A DNA stretch of 60,693 nucleotides, filler included, from Globobulimina sp. (taxonomy: Eukaryota), in NCBI GenBank assembly GCA_003354225.1. It is 18 parts of 18 records of this genome, joined end to end, with 100 filler letters (N's around TTAATTAATTAA, not from the genome) between each part and the next. Parts side by side here need not be neighbours in the genome. Positions count along the whole stretch, not along the records: positions 43,915 to 47,190 come from PIVH01003229.1; positions 47,291 to 50,566 come from PIVH01003230.1; positions 50,667 to 53,942 come from PIVH01003231.1; positions 54,043 to 57,318 come from PIVH01003232.1; 14 more parts are not named here. The stretch is one strand, 5' to 3'. Shown in pieces: positions 43,915-57,418 of the stretch. Position 1 is the stretch's first letter, and each line of letters opens with the position of its first letter. Position numbers and translations under genes: made by a program. The notes beneath the pieces were generated by a model, which was not told the DNA's origin, made no database searches, and was given only the letters and a program-made list of their open reading frames with translations.

Positions 43915-46900
43915 GAATTGTCTCAAGCAATAAATGGAGAAGGCATCAAAGAGTCTGATTTATCGCCAATTATAATCGAATTATGTGCAGATTGGAAATA
44001 TACAAAACAAGAATATGAAGTATTAGTTCATAAATGGTATTATGCGCATAGAGAGTTAGTAGTTGGTGATGCGGCGTGGCAATTATGTCGAGAACAAGGT
44101 ATAAACTATAAACTATAAATTAGATCTTTTTAAACTAAACAAAGTGTTTTAAAGCACGAAATAATGAAACAACACGACGCCAAAAGGAAGCAATTGAAAA
44201 AGAAAAAGAAAAATTAAAACATTTGCGTAATTTGCGAGAAGATTATGATTCAAATGAGAATAGAAAATGTATTATGGAGGAAATGATTGGCAATTTACCA
44301 GATTTTAGCATTTTAGATAAAAGAGATAAACAGATCGAAGAATGGAGAAAAGCAAAGAAAATGGGGAGACCGCCGGTAATCTCAGACAAAGAATTAGCAA
44401 AAATAACTGGTGTGGATTGTACACAAAAAATCTCAACACAAGAAATCAAAAATAATTTTAAATCCGAAATAAAAACATTAATATTTACACAAAAACTTAA
44501 ATATAGAAACAAATATCAATATGAATATAAGGGAGAAAAACTTTTGAAGCAATTGAATGAGGATCAAATATTTTATTTAATTATTCATAATATGGACAGT
44601 GTGGAAGATGCGGCAAATATTGAGCCAAACTCTCAGTCCTTAGGATTCATCAAAATATTATCGGATATTAAAAATGTAAAAAATAAGAAAAATAATATTT
44701 ATATTGAAATTACAAAACATCATAATTGTAAATCCGATGCATTAGATTTGATTAAAGCATATAATAAATATGATGGTGATTTAAATGTTGCCGATAAGGA
44801 CTGTAAAACAATGATAATGCATGCAATTCATATGAATAATTTAGAATTAACTGAATGGTTATTATCGAAAAATGTGGACTTAAACAATACAACAAACAAA
44901 ATTGGTAACAATATACTCCATATTTTGATGAATCATATCCATCGCGATAAAGCAGTAAATATTCGACAATTATTCTATACCATAATTAATAATATAAACA
45001 ATGATAAAAAATCAATATTAAAAGATTTAAGTAATGCATATAATTTCGATGGTTATACACCTTTATTGTTAGGAATACAACATTTTGTCGAATCTCATAC
45101 AAATACCGGAGAAACTACAGAATTTATTGATTATTTTAAACAGAAAGAAATATTGAATCAATGGACAAAAAATTGTAATGACAAAGATAAAAATAGAGAA
45201 ACATTAAAAAAAAAAAATTTAGAAAATTGGTATAAAAAACACCCAATTGATTATACTGAAATTGATTTGGATGAAATTGATTTTGATATTGTTTGTGCAG
45301 AATGGCGAATTGCACCAAAAGCAGCCACACAATCAGTACAAATAAGTGATATTGACACATTAAGTGGCATTGACCCAGAAACTGGTTTATCCACTACAAT
45401 TAATTCAAAATCGCTATTTGATAATTTAGACACCGAAGATCAGGATATATTAATGTCATCACAACCTGTTTTCCAACAACAACCGGAAGAAGAAAAGGAT
45501 ATTATTTTAACAGCCGAAATGCCGACATGTACAGCAACAGCAACAGCGACAGCAAAAGATGTAACCGGTGAAATAAAGAAAATGGTAATTTGTGGACAAT
45601 TAAATATTGCAAAATCTGTCAATTTACATGAAATATTCAAAACAGAAGATTGGAATCATAACAAATGGATATTAGAGGTTACGTACAGTTTGGGAGACTA
45701 TTTTTGTACAGTTTTTACGGAACAAAACGAAGAAAATGAGGATGATGATAATTTTCAACAATATAATAATATATGGGGCGGATTTCAATATTCATCGAAC
45801 AATCGAAATAATTTAAATAAATTAACAAAAGAAATAAATATTCCACGATATAGAGATCGTATAAAACAAGTTTATCATTACAGATTGACAGAATTGTTTC
45901 GAAAATATTCAATGTCTGGTTGTCATATCGTCGATCATTTAGATTTTAAAAATGATGGCAGAGAACATAAATTATATGTTTATTTATGCAAAAAATTAAG
46001 GATTAAACCACAATTTGCTTATCCAAAAGCAATAAGAAAAAAGAAATCCAGAGTTAAAGATAAAAGACAAAGGGAAAAAGGAAAAGGAAAAGAAACAGAA
46101 AAGGAAAATGTTTATAAAATGGATATTGACGATGGCATATTAACAGAAGACGCAGAATCCGAATCTGATTATGAATTACCTGCTGATCCAGATGCCGTTA
46201 TTTATGATAAAAAACCAAAAATCAAAGAATCCTATTCTGCCTCGCAATTTTTGAATGAATTTATTAATAAATGTGATTGTGATGTTGATAAACAAACAAA
46301 ATTGAAAAAATCATACATTGAAAAATTAGAAAAAGAGCAAAAACAAGTTGAAGAAAAAAAATCTGACGCACAAATAATAAAAATGTCATCGAGTGAAAGG
46401 TTATCATATTTTGCAAAACTAAAAAAACATCAATTGTCATTATGGAATGTAAGTGGACCATGGCAAAAAAAGAAAAAATATGAATTACAATTTTCTGGGT
46501 TTTCGGCGTTGCATTATGCGGCTTATTATGGCGATTTTGAATTAGTTTCATTATTTGTTTTGCACGGAACAAATCCAAATTTATTAACATATGAATCCAA
46601 ACAAACGGCGCTGATGATACATTGTTTAAAACGAAATGATACAAATACAGTATTGCAGATATTATCCGATAAGCGATGTAATGTGAATCTATTTGATAGA
46701 GAAAGGATGACGGCATTAAGCTATGCAATAAATTTCAGCGGTCGACACCTAAGCGACAATGAACGATCATTTCGTGAAACATTCCAAATTGAAAGAATAT
46801 TATTGCGACATAACGCCGACATTAATCATCAAGATATTTATGATCGTTGTCCAGCACATTACATATTTGTATCACTTGGCGAGACTGTATGCAAAGGATC

Positions 46901-47132
46901 GTGTGATCCAATTGAATTAGTATCCGATTTATGCGCATGTAGCAGTGGCAAAGTAGTGGATGTAAATATATGTGATATGTTTGGCAGGACACCAATACAT
47001 TATGCTGCTATGTTAGGCGCACAAATATCGTCAAATTGGTTAATAAAAGAAGGTGGCATCATTTGTGATAATGCAGATTTCCATGGAAATGAACCCTTGG
47101 TTTCTGGAAACTTGCGGCTGAAGAGCAGTTGA
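43915..47132 (+). CDS. Large ankyrin-repeat protein, partial (resembles the ankyrin region of PME-5/tankyrase-like PARPs); intron 44099-44154
   Basis: Ankyrin motifs GNNILH, GYTPLL, GFSALHYAA and GRTPIHYAA, plus DPIELVS. No PARP domain is visible within the contig. Confidence 0.75.
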
Positions 47133-47290
47133 CAACCTGGCAATGAAACACATTAACAATACATTCTAAATATTCTAAAAATTCGAAAAANNNNNNNNNN
47201 NNNNNNNNNNNNNNNNNNNNNNNNNNNNNNNNNNTTAATTAATTAANNNNNNNNNNNNNNNNNNNNNNNNNNNNNNNNNNNNNNNNNNNN

Positions 47291-48789
47291 CAAACGCATG
47301 AAACGTTTCCAATCTGCCATAAGCCCATCCAAAATGTTGATATCTACATTCTGTCTCAATTAAAAACGGTAAATTGTAGGCCGCAAAGCCACCAAAACAC
47401 GATTTCATTTCATAAAACCTCTCCCCTCTGATCCTATTGGTGATCCTCCATCGTTCCATGCCGTACGCCCACACACCGTCTTCGTACACAGTGGCATACG
47501 AATCATAGTACCATCCCGTATATTTTATTCCATTCGTACATACCACATCGAATCCGGCCCTCCACGCATAGCTAAACTCGCTCGCTATGGCTTGAATGTC
47601 AAACCCTCGCAAATCCATATCCACCCAAAATAAATAATCAATGGATATATTGGTCTCTTTCTTATATGACTTAATGGCATGTTTATATATAATAATATTA
47701 ATAAATTCAACTATATTTCCCATCTCATTCATATGTTTATATTGTTCAACAAATAACTTTCAGCTCATATTCTAATGCAATTCGAATACGAATATGCATT
47801 GGAGCTAAATAAAAAAATTAGGCTCAATACATATATTCGAATTACATTGTAGCTCCAACAATAAACATATGAATACATGCGAGATATAATTGAATATTTA
47901 TAAGTATTTACCTTATAATAAGCAGTTATTTTATCCAACAGAAAGTTCCTATAAATCACGTATCTCTCCTCGCGAACATGACTATATCCCTCAGTCTCTT
48001 GCCGTTGCATCAAAGCGGCAATTTCCTCAAATTCACGTGCGGGTTGGATAGGTTTTATAATTAACTTTCCTGTAACAAACAGACAACAGCAATGTCATAT
48101 ATGTGATGTGTAAATAGTGCATAAAGCAGTGCATATAGAACAGTGCAAGGATATGAAAGTAATAAAACAATATAAAAATAGTAAAAGCAACCTCCTGTGT
48201 GGAATATCCTATGATCATCAAAGCTTTTGTTTTGTTTATCGTTTCTATGCTTTATGCGTTGTTTGATTTTGTTAGGCAACGAATGTAAGACTTGCGAGTG
48301 TACATCGTTACAATTTGGAGGGTTTAACTGCCAGTTTTTGATGATTTGCCGAGTGTGATCCTCGCTGTTTGACTCTAATACGAATATATGAGCACTGTCG
48401 AACGCACACCCGAAGATTTGCAGTTGCTGTATAAGATTTGGTAGCGTTTTCTCAGCGTCTTTTACCATCCCAGCAATGGCAATGTTGTAACCTTTGAACA
48501 CGTTCAAGTCGTCGATGGGCGGTTGGCTGAAACCTGCGTTGTTTAGCCAGAGATCGACCTGATTGGTCCAGGTCATGTCTAAGTTGCGCAAGTCTTCGAT
48601 GTGCGGAGTGCAATATTGATATGTGACCCAGAGATAATACAGAAATAAACATTTTAAGCAAAACAATTCCGGTCGTTTGAATTGTGAGCCGATTAGTCGT
48701 TTGAAGCGTAGATAGAGCAGATGTAGGAATATAAATAGGTAACGAAATGGCTTGGTGATGCTTTTAGCTTTGCTGTAGGCCTTGAACAT
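47291..48789 (-). CDS. Type II membrane GT-A glycosyltransferase (CAP59/GT69-like), multi-exon, 3'-partial
   Basis: IAIAGMVKD, VLESNSEDHT, YRNFLL, VDMDL, YDSYA and SCFGGFAAY motifs. Intron 48070-48191 and another starting at 47911. Confidence 0.72.
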
Positions 48790-49029
48790 TGTAATTGGAA
48801 TTATATGAAATAGATCAGTGTGACATGTACTGAAGTGTTAAAGTTTTTTGTTAAACTTTTATTTTATTTGGGTCAAATTAACAATCCTATCTTGGATGCT
48901 TACATTTTTCTCGAATTCCCAATCCATATCATATTCACATATTAAAGTTACTCTTTTGTTAAACAAACATAAAAATGCACAAAAATATCCATATAAAACA
49001 TATACTATACAGCTGATACAACATATGCT

Positions 49030-50566
49030 ATGTCCCAAAAAGATTCAATCAATAAACCAACCATCCAACCTGCTCAGAATACATCATCCCCAACATATGC
49101 AACCAACCCAAAACAAAACCAAAATGCTAAGAATGATATCATATCAACACTGCAACCATCGCAAATGCAACCAATGCGTAGAAAATGTATATGTGGTGAT
49201 TATTTGAGGCAGAGCACTGTGAAAGATCGCCAGCATCGCCTCAAAAACTTTGATTCAATCGTTGTTGTTTGTGACGGCTGTTATCAATCCTATCGAAACG
49301 ATGATGTGATTTTTTATTGCAACAATAAGAGTGAAAAGCATCCAGAAGGCTATGATCTTTGTATGCAGTGCACAACTCAGCATACGGAATCTCCTTCAAA
49401 TATCAAAATGACATTGTTACGAAAAATGGGGTATACTGTTTCTGAGATTGGTGAAGCATTCCGAGCGCTAGCAACCAATGCCGATGTTAACGAAGTAGAG
49501 AGATATTTAATTCAACAGAAACGGATAGCCATTGATAAAGAAAATGAAATCAACAGATTGATGGATTGTGGCTATACATTGCATTTGAAGCACTCAGGTA
49601 TTATTTTCTGTATTTACTATTATAAAATATGTACGTTTGTCAATTTTATGTTATGTGGAATATACACAACAGACAAACCAAATGATGTCTTCACAAGTAA
49701 AAGTCAGAAACATTCATCAGAATTACAAACAAGTTGTGACATAAAAAGTTGTGTGCATTTGGAAATAGTTTTATTTGCACTCAATAATCTTTATCAGAAT
49801 GGTCATGAGGTGGATGGTGATAATATATTATTGATATTGAACGCTTTTTTGCATCTAATTGCTGCACATAATGATGATGAGCAATTTGAATTTATTTTTG
49901 ATAATTTGCAATGTTGTGATTTAACGCAATGCGATGTATTTCAAAGACATTACAGAAGTCGAAGCAGAACAAAATTGAAGCAAAATAATATTAATTATAA
50001 TGCGATTGAAGAAATCATGGATAAAATCCATTGTTATTATCTTCATTGTTATGATATCGGTCAGGAATTTTCTAGAAATGATCGACAATATATTATGGAG
50101 GAAAAGAAAAACGATCAAAATGATATTCACCGATACGCAATGAACAGAAGAATGCATAAAATTATCTGTCAGAAACATAAGGTTTATCAAAGCGTAAAAC
50201 AAATGCAAAATCGAAAAACATCCAAATTCAATCAGATTAGAATGAATACAGCAGATTATAGTTTTGGTGTAGAATTTAACTATTTTGCTGAAGAAAAGCT
50301 GGTTGCAAATGATAATGATGAGCCAGTCAAAGGTTTAACCATTAAACCTAAATATGCCTCGTTAAAGGAAGAATTAATAATGAATGATATATGTATAATA
50401 AATACAGATCAATTTAACAATGAATATGCAAAAGCTTCACTTCTTTTTGCAACTCCATATCGCAAAAATACATATTGTGACATGAAGATATATCATTTGT
50501 TGGTATTAATGATGTATTGCAATTTTGACACATTACAAAATGAATTTAGCAGAACGTATAGAAAAC
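49030..50566 (+). CDS. Multidomain protein: Cys/His zinc-finger-like region, UBA-like helices and a possible ART N-lobe; 3'-partial; likely intron 49598-49672
   Basis: CDGC..YC..H..GYDLC..C, LRKMGY..EAF and LMDCGY motifs, ending in LLVLMMYCN..EFSRTYR. Confidence 0.6.
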
Positions 50567-50666
50567 NNNNNNNNNNNNNNNNNNNNNNNNNNNNNNNNNN
50601 NNNNNNNNNNTTAATTAATTAANNNNNNNNNNNNNNNNNNNNNNNNNNNNNNNNNNNNNNNNNNNN

Positions 50667-52010
50667 GATATTGGAGCCGCAGTTCAGGTCGTTGCCATTC
50701 ATTGAATTCGTCTGATAAATCAACATAAAATACATCATTGGTTATCTCGTTATTTTTATTTAAAATATCCTTATTATGTCCACCAAATATATACAACCGA
50801 TTTAAAATAGCAATATGAATGAAATTCTTTGGCTCTAACTCACTTTTCAAGTATGGCCATATGAGAATTAAATAATTGAATATATGAAATCCAGAAACGC
50901 TTTCAACAAATGCATGATAACTATCATTTTACGATATATGTTTTTATAGTAAGTGCAATATATTCAGTGTTGCACAACAAAAACATACCGGAGATTCATA
51001 GTTATCATTTGTGGAAACGTCGTCAGCCTAATATTTAATTATTTAATTCCTGCACAGTACCTTAACAATTCATATTTTATAAAATATTTGCTTGCTTCAT
51101 CATCTATAAAATGAACCCCTGTACCAATAACATGTACGATGCCATTTACAATTAAACATTTTGTATTTTCCACCTTTTCAATGCCATATTCCGTTGGATA
51201 ATCATGTGGTGCTGCTACAATATCCCAAATACCATGCTTTATATAGAATTTTGCCCAAATATTACCGTCACCAAATAACAAATGCAAGCATTCATTTTCT
51301 AAATCAAAAGCAATAAACGACGCATAATCACTTATCTCATTTGGTAATGATGACAAATGTTCATATTTAGATGTGTTTAAATTATATCTGTAAATACCAT
51401 CTTCAAATTCACTTTTAACAATATGCATATATGCGGTCATGCCAATGATATAATCATTCCCTGTCTCAAACTCATTGTAATATATTATATCTCGCATATA
51501 AATATTTAATAATGGTGGTGTAGGATTTAACATTACTTCAAAGTAAAACTCTTTTATATCATTCATATTCCAATCAAATTCTTCTTCTTTTTGTTTTTGT
51601 TTCTGTTTTTCTTCAGTTGTCGCTCTCCATAATTCATTTGCTTCATCGTTAAACTCGATATCTACATTGGATTGGATGGATTTTCTGGATGTATCATAGC
51701 TAATTAGTTGAGAAAAGCAGGGTGTTACACTCCTTTTGAATGCTGCTATTAGTTTATAGTTTGGGTCGTTTTTATCAATCGATTGCCTCTGATAAAGTGA
51801 TACAGAAGTTTTATTGTATTCACTTTTGATCATTGTTGGTTGAGTGTTGATATTTGAGTGTTGTGGGGTTATATGTTGGTTAGAAGTCGGGTTAGAATGG
51901 GTTGGTTGATAATGGATTTGATTGTGTTCCTCTGATTGCATTGAAGAATCATAATATGGTTCATAACCGCAGCATTTATTATAGATTTCATGGCTTTTAA
52001 CGTTTCCCAT
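50667..52010 (-). CDS. Kelch-like beta-propeller protein, multi-exon, 3'-partial
   Basis: MGN start (myristoylation-like), then NGIVHVIG and NRLYIFGG blades. Confidence 0.6.
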
Positions 52011-52081
52011 TAATAAAAGTAATGTTTCCAAACAAAAAAAGTAAAGATTTTCGCTACTGAAAAGTGAAATATTATCGTTTC

Positions 52082-53942
52082 ATGTCGCGTTTTTGCAGTA
52101 ATAATATTGTTTGCGAGGGATGGATAGACAAAAAGAGTTCCGTTTTCTTTCAATATCATGCAAATAAACTCTAAATATTACTGTCAATTTACAAAGGTAA
52201 ATATATTGGATCTTGGAGAAAAAGATGGACTGTTTTGACAAAAGATGCCGTTTATACATTCAAAAATAAAAAGGTATATATTCCATTGAATGTATACGCA
52301 TATATATTTGCTGTTTGATGCATGTTATTTCTAACCAGATTTACCAAGATCCCACAGAAACGTTGCAAATAAATAGCTTTACATCTGTTGTACCTCAAGA
52401 ATCTGGATTTATAATTAATAAAACATCGTTTCGAACTTATTCAGCATCAGTTTCTCAAAATTGGATGGATGCTATTAAAGCATACGTATTAAAATTGTAT
52501 CAAAATACCAGTCACTGTCAAATGTGAGCGAGATATCAATTATTGCTGCAATTTCCCACTGCAAATACCATATTATGATCAATATACCTATTCCCTTAAT
52601 CAAATCATAGCAAATATTGTAGAATATATGAATAAACATTACCAACTCATCACATTTGTGATCGACACAATTTTATCTGAGTCTTTTATCAGTCAACAGA
52701 TTATTTATGACGATTATGATTGGAGTGAGTGTGAATTAAAAATCACCGATTATCCAAAAGATTTTGTGATGAAACATGGTATGCATTTAGTTGTAGATAT
52801 TGCTATCTATGAACACATAGTCTCATCAAATCATTTAATGTGTCAACATATGGCGAATAAAAATGATTTATGTCCAATTTATGCAAAGATGATATTTCAA
52901 GATATTTTTAGTGAAAAATATTTGACGCATTTATACGAATTTAATCATTTTAAAAATGAATTTACTGACAAACCAGAATGTAAATATGCTGATCAATGTT
53001 CTAAATATAAACGAATAGTGGATGATGGGGGTAACACATTAAAAGATCGAACTCATATAATGTTATACAGACATCCTCCGCGACAAAATAAAATAAAAAC
53101 ACCTGACGAAATCAATTCGTTTTGTTTAAATGACGAATGGGCTGACAATAAACCTTTATACCATCCAACTTTAACAGATAGTACAGGTTACAGCGCAGCA
53201 GATGGATATTTAGAGCAACTGATCGATGAAGTCATTAGAAACGGTGATAAAGCTGATTTATGTTTGGCTGTTGAGGATGAAAAAAATGATAATTATTCAT
53301 TATTGAGCGTAGTAGATCAAAAACTAAATTGTTCCCGCCATCGACGGATGGGGTCACCGTTGAATAGAGCTGAAATGTTATCTGTTTTATTGTATACCGG
53401 CGGTGAGTCAAACTATACGTTATGTGCAGCGCAAAGAAGTGGTGATTATGAAACGTGGAAATGGTTTGATTACTGTTTATATAATGCCATATTAAAATTA
53501 TCAAAACGGGAAAATGGTAGTTACACAATATACACAGGATTGACATCTACCAAATTAGATTATAAATTTGTCGATATTGGTTATTTTAAAACTTATGTAA
53601 GTACTTCATGGATAAAGGAAATTGCATTGACTTTTGTGGCTGGGGAAGGAATGTTGTTTGAAATTGATGAGAGTTTTCGTTCAAATTCGATCTGTTGCGA
53701 TGTATCATGGATATCAAAGTTTGGCAATGAATGTGAAGTATTAATAGCACGGAGCATTGATGCAATAATCAATAGTTTTCAATGTAGAGTTGTCGACAAT
53801 AAGTACGAAACACAAACAGTATCGCTTCAGAGAATTGAGCAGCAGTCACTTGTTATTGGTATTAGCAGTGATCAACAAAGCAATATTGATGAATTCAAAG
53901 AGGAACAGGATAACGTTGACATTCAAACTGATATCGATCATG
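52082..53942 (+). CDS. PH domain + PBZ-like zinc fingers + ADP-ribosyltransferase-like domain, 3'-partial; introns 52137-52196, 52274-52338; unresolved frame change near 52490-52610
   Basis: Spliced EGWIDKKSKYIGSWRKRWTVL..YTFK..NWMDAI (PH); CKYADQC..H..LYRHP (PBZ-like); LLYTG..IYTGL..YVSTSW..NECEVLI (ART). Confidence 0.75.
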
Positions 53943-54281
53943 NNNNNNNNNNNNNNNNNNNNNNNNNNNNNNNNNNNNNNNNNNNNTTAATTAATTAANN
54001 NNNNNNNNNNNNNNNNNNNNNNNNNNNNNNNNNNNNNNNNNNAATTTTATTTAATGTTTCAGTCTCAGAATGTTTTGTCATTAAATGAATATAATCTGAC
54101 AAACACATTAAATATGAATTACTGCAAAACTCAATCAATATTTGCTGCGCATTCAAATCACCTCTTCATTTTATCTGCAGACTGCAGCACACAGTTTGAA
54201 TATGATGGATGTTCCGAAAATAACTATGTAGCCGATACTGTATATATTGAAAGAAATGCATTAAAGTCAGAAGTTTGAGAG

Positions 54282-54397
54282 GTTGAGAGGTTCGGAAGTT
54301 TAATGAAACAGGGATCCACTTCCACTTCAACGATACTTTTATCCACCAACTTCTGAACATCCAAACCTCTCAACGCTAAACTTCTAAACCTCTCAAC
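54282..54397. repeat. Inverted and direct repeats of AACCTCTCAAC upstream of BCKDHA
   Basis: GTTGAGAGGTTCGGAAGTTT (54282-54301) versus AAACTTCTAAACCTCTCAAC (54378-54397), 18/20 complementary, with extra partial copies on both sides. Confidence 0.65.
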
Positions 54398-54468
54398 GTA
54401 CTTCTCAACCTCTTACTTAAACACTGTTTTTTCGTTATATTTCGCAAAAGCTCACTTTTAAACTAATA

Positions 54469-55767
54469 ATGCTCCCACGACACCGCCTGCTGTCTAAAGC
54501 ATTTACAAAATCAACCTCATTACTACCCAAACAATCTCAACGCAGCTGCATATCCGGTGTAAATTCGCCATACTTCCAAATTGAACACGCCCCATGGTCA
54601 CCAGAACCAGTATTTCGCGACACTGCCAAGCATGATCCATTCCCCGTGTTTCGTGTCATGGACTGGGATGGCAATACCATCGACAAAAACTTCTCATTGC
54701 CCTTCACCGAAACAGAATTGATCCAAATGTATGCCAATATGAACTTAGTCACCACCTTTGACGAAACCTTTTACCGCTTGGCCCGTGCCGGCTATATCTC
54801 CTTTTATATGCAGAATAGCGGTGAAGAGGCGTTACAAGTCGGTTCTGCGGCCGCTTGGCAGCCCAAAGATGTCTTATTTTTCCAATATCGCGAGTTGGGC
54901 ACCTTTTTACAGCGCGGCTTCCCACTCCAACAATGTGCCGATGTCTGTTTCAGTAACAACAGCGACTACGCGAAGGGGCGGCAAATGCCCGTCCATTATG
55001 GCTCGAAAAAATTAAACTGTGTCACCGTATCGTCCACGTTGGCCACACAAATGCCGCAGGCCGCTGGTACCGGCTATGCAGTGAAGAGAAGTGGCGATGG
55101 CGATTCCTGCGTAGTGTGCTATTTTGGTGATGGTGCTGCCTCCGAAGGGGACGCCCACTCTGCATTTAATTTTAGCGCCACTACAGAATCGCCCGTGTTG
55201 TGGTTGTGTCGTAACAATGGCTATGCCATATCCACTCCCACGGCGGACCAATATCGCGGTGATGGCATCGCTGCGCGAGCCTATGGCTATGGAATGTACG
55301 CGAGTCGGTTTGATGGAAATGACTTATTTGCGAGCTACATCGCATGCAAACAAGCGCGCGAACTCTCCATCACTGAGTCGCGGCCCATCGTGCTGGAAGG
55401 AATGACGTATCGCGGCTCTCATCATTCGACCTCGGATGATAGTAAAACGTATCGAGGCGATAATGAGGAACATAAATGGAAAACGTACTATAATCCGATT
55501 CGGAGATTGAGGATATTTATGGAGAAGGAATTGGTTTGGAATGATAATTTGGAGAAAGAATTGTTGGAGGATATACAAATGAGAGTTGATGAGGTTGCTA
55601 GAATAGCTCAGAGGACGTTGAAGCCGCATTGGAAACACGTGATTACGGACACTTATGATGAGATGACACCCAATTTACAGAAACAAATGAATGAGTTAGA
55701 GAAACATCTTGAGGAATATGGACATAATGAATACTATAAATTACAACAATATTCTGACGAAATGTAA
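54469..55767 (+). CDS. BCKDHA: Branched-chain 2-oxoacid dehydrogenase E1 alpha subunit, mitochondrial
   Basis: Transit peptide, GYISFYM..GEEA, QYRE, KGRQMPVHYG, YFGDGAASEGD..CRNNGYAIST (TPP motif) and HHSTSDDS. Confidence 0.96.
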   Translation: MLPRHRLLSKAFTKSTSLLPKQSQRSCISGVNSPYFQIEHAPWSPEPVFRDTAKHDPFPVFRVMDWDGNTIDKNFSLPFTETELIQMYANMNLVTTFDETFYRLARAGYISFYMQNSGEEALQVGSAAAWQPKDVLFFQYRELGTFLQRGFPLQQCADVCFSNNSDYAKGRQMPVHYGSKKLNCVTVSSTLATQMPQAAGTGYAVKRSGDGDSCVVCYFGDGAASEGDAHSAFNFSATTESPVLWLCRNNGYAISTPTADQYRGDGIAARAYGYGMYASRFDGNDLFASYIACKQARELSITESRPIVLEGMTYRGSHHSTSDDSKTYRGDNEEHKWKTYYNPIRRLRIFMEKELVWNDNLEKELLEDIQMRVDEVARIAQRTLKPHWKHVITDTYDEMTPNLQKQMNELEKHLEEYGHNEYYKLQQYSDEM

Positions 55768-55796
55768 TCGTTTAAAACATACATATTGATATTGAT

Positions 55797-57318
55797 TTAT
55801 ATATAGAATATAGAAAATGATATACTAGTGATGCTTTCGGATGAATATTGAGTGTAATTATTTAAGATTTTCTTTCTCTTTGCATTGAATACAAAACATG
55901 TCTTTTTAGTTATCATAGAGAAGTATAATTTATGATGAGGTACAATCGATAGGACTTGCGACTGATATTGAGATGGTCGGTACGAATAATTTTCTGCTAA
56001 CGTCACGGTCTAAATTAATTAGAAAAAACACAAAGTTCACTAAGAAATAGAACTCACGTGTTCACTCAAAAAAAGAAAATGTTAAACAGGACAAATGAAT
56101 ATAAACCTGATTATTAAATATTAATAATACATTTTGTCACACAACAATCAAATGTGAATACTTATTTTGCTTATTCATCATTATAAATTTTATATTTAGC
56201 GGCATCTTTGTATATTCTAATGATATCGCCACCATTTATTGCTTCTTTGACTTGGCCATTGCCACTTTCACATATTTTATCCACCACCAAGCACAACACA
56301 TAACAATCTGAGATTACCAGACATATTCGTTAACCAATTACTAACTATGTCTGATGCTCCGTTATCCGCAGCTCCCCCATCTGTCAAAAATATCACAATT
56401 GTTTCTTCATCATAATCGATCTGTATATATATATATGATGGCTGGAAAATATATCCATTTGTACGTACATACCGATTTATTTGCTTCGTTAAAAGCTTTG
56501 CCAAAATCTGTACCTCCATATGGTCCATGTCGTATTAAATAATCCTTAACAAATGTTTTAGAAATTTTAATTTTTTTTTCAATATTTTTTGCATTTGAAT
56601 CAAATAATATTGAGGTGATAACATCATTGCATTCATACTCCGATCTTATTCGAATAAAATCATGAATAGCACTAAATGAACCGAGACGATTGTTTAAATA
56701 ACCTGTTTGTTGAATAAATTTATATTCAGCAAGAGATTGTTGATCATCATCATTGGACATACTCCCCGATTTATCAGATATAAACATAACATGAATGGTA
56801 TTAATTCTACAATAAAATGCGCCAAATGGTTCAACTGCAAAGGGGTCATCATTCCCAGTGATATAATCTTTGACTGCACCACTTATTTTTGGATAAATAC
56901 GTTGAAATAATTGATGCACAATATATTTTTCTACGTCCTTTGTATCATGGGCCTGAATCAAGAGTTTAACGTTTTTCTTTTCTGTCCATTCTTCGCGTAT
57001 TGCAGTTACACCCAATATGACACTTTCTGAATCCTTTGGATCAGGGATGAATGCAAAAATACCATATCCTAATTGTGTAGTTCCACCATAATCGCCCGAT
57101 AAATCCAGCTCAAAATAATGTTCTTGCCTTTTGTTAATAAAACCTGCTAATTTAATGTGCTGGTCAATTTTATTTGATATTTTTGTTGGTAATACAGTTA
57201 ATTCTAAATCATTCTTTAACATTGCTTTTAAAGAATAGCTAAATCGCTCTAATTCTGATTTTTTTATTGTTTGAACTGACTCTGATAAATAACTTTTAAT
57301 CGAATCTGGTTTAATTGA
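55797..57318 (-). CDS. vWA-domain protein, multi-exon, 5'-partial (3' end approximate)
   Basis: FISDKSGSM, GGTDF..A and IFLTDG MIDAS motifs across ORFs 56410-57222 and 56277-56528. Confidence 0.7.
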
Positions 57319-57418
57319 NNNNNNNNNNNNNNNNNNNNNNNNNNNNNNNNNNNNNNNNNNNNTTAATTAATTAANNNNNNNNNNNNNNNNNNNNNNNNNN
57401 NNNNNNNNNNNNNNNNNN

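Noticed and set aside
52137-52196. Apparent frameshift at the start of the PH domain
   Set aside because: Resolved by a 60-nt GT-AG intron joining EGWIDKK to SKYIGSWRKRW.
3280-57418. Regularly spaced TTAATTAATTAA motif about every 3.38 kb
   Set aside because: Artificial linker inside N-runs. ORF tails ending in X..LIN are artefacts of it.
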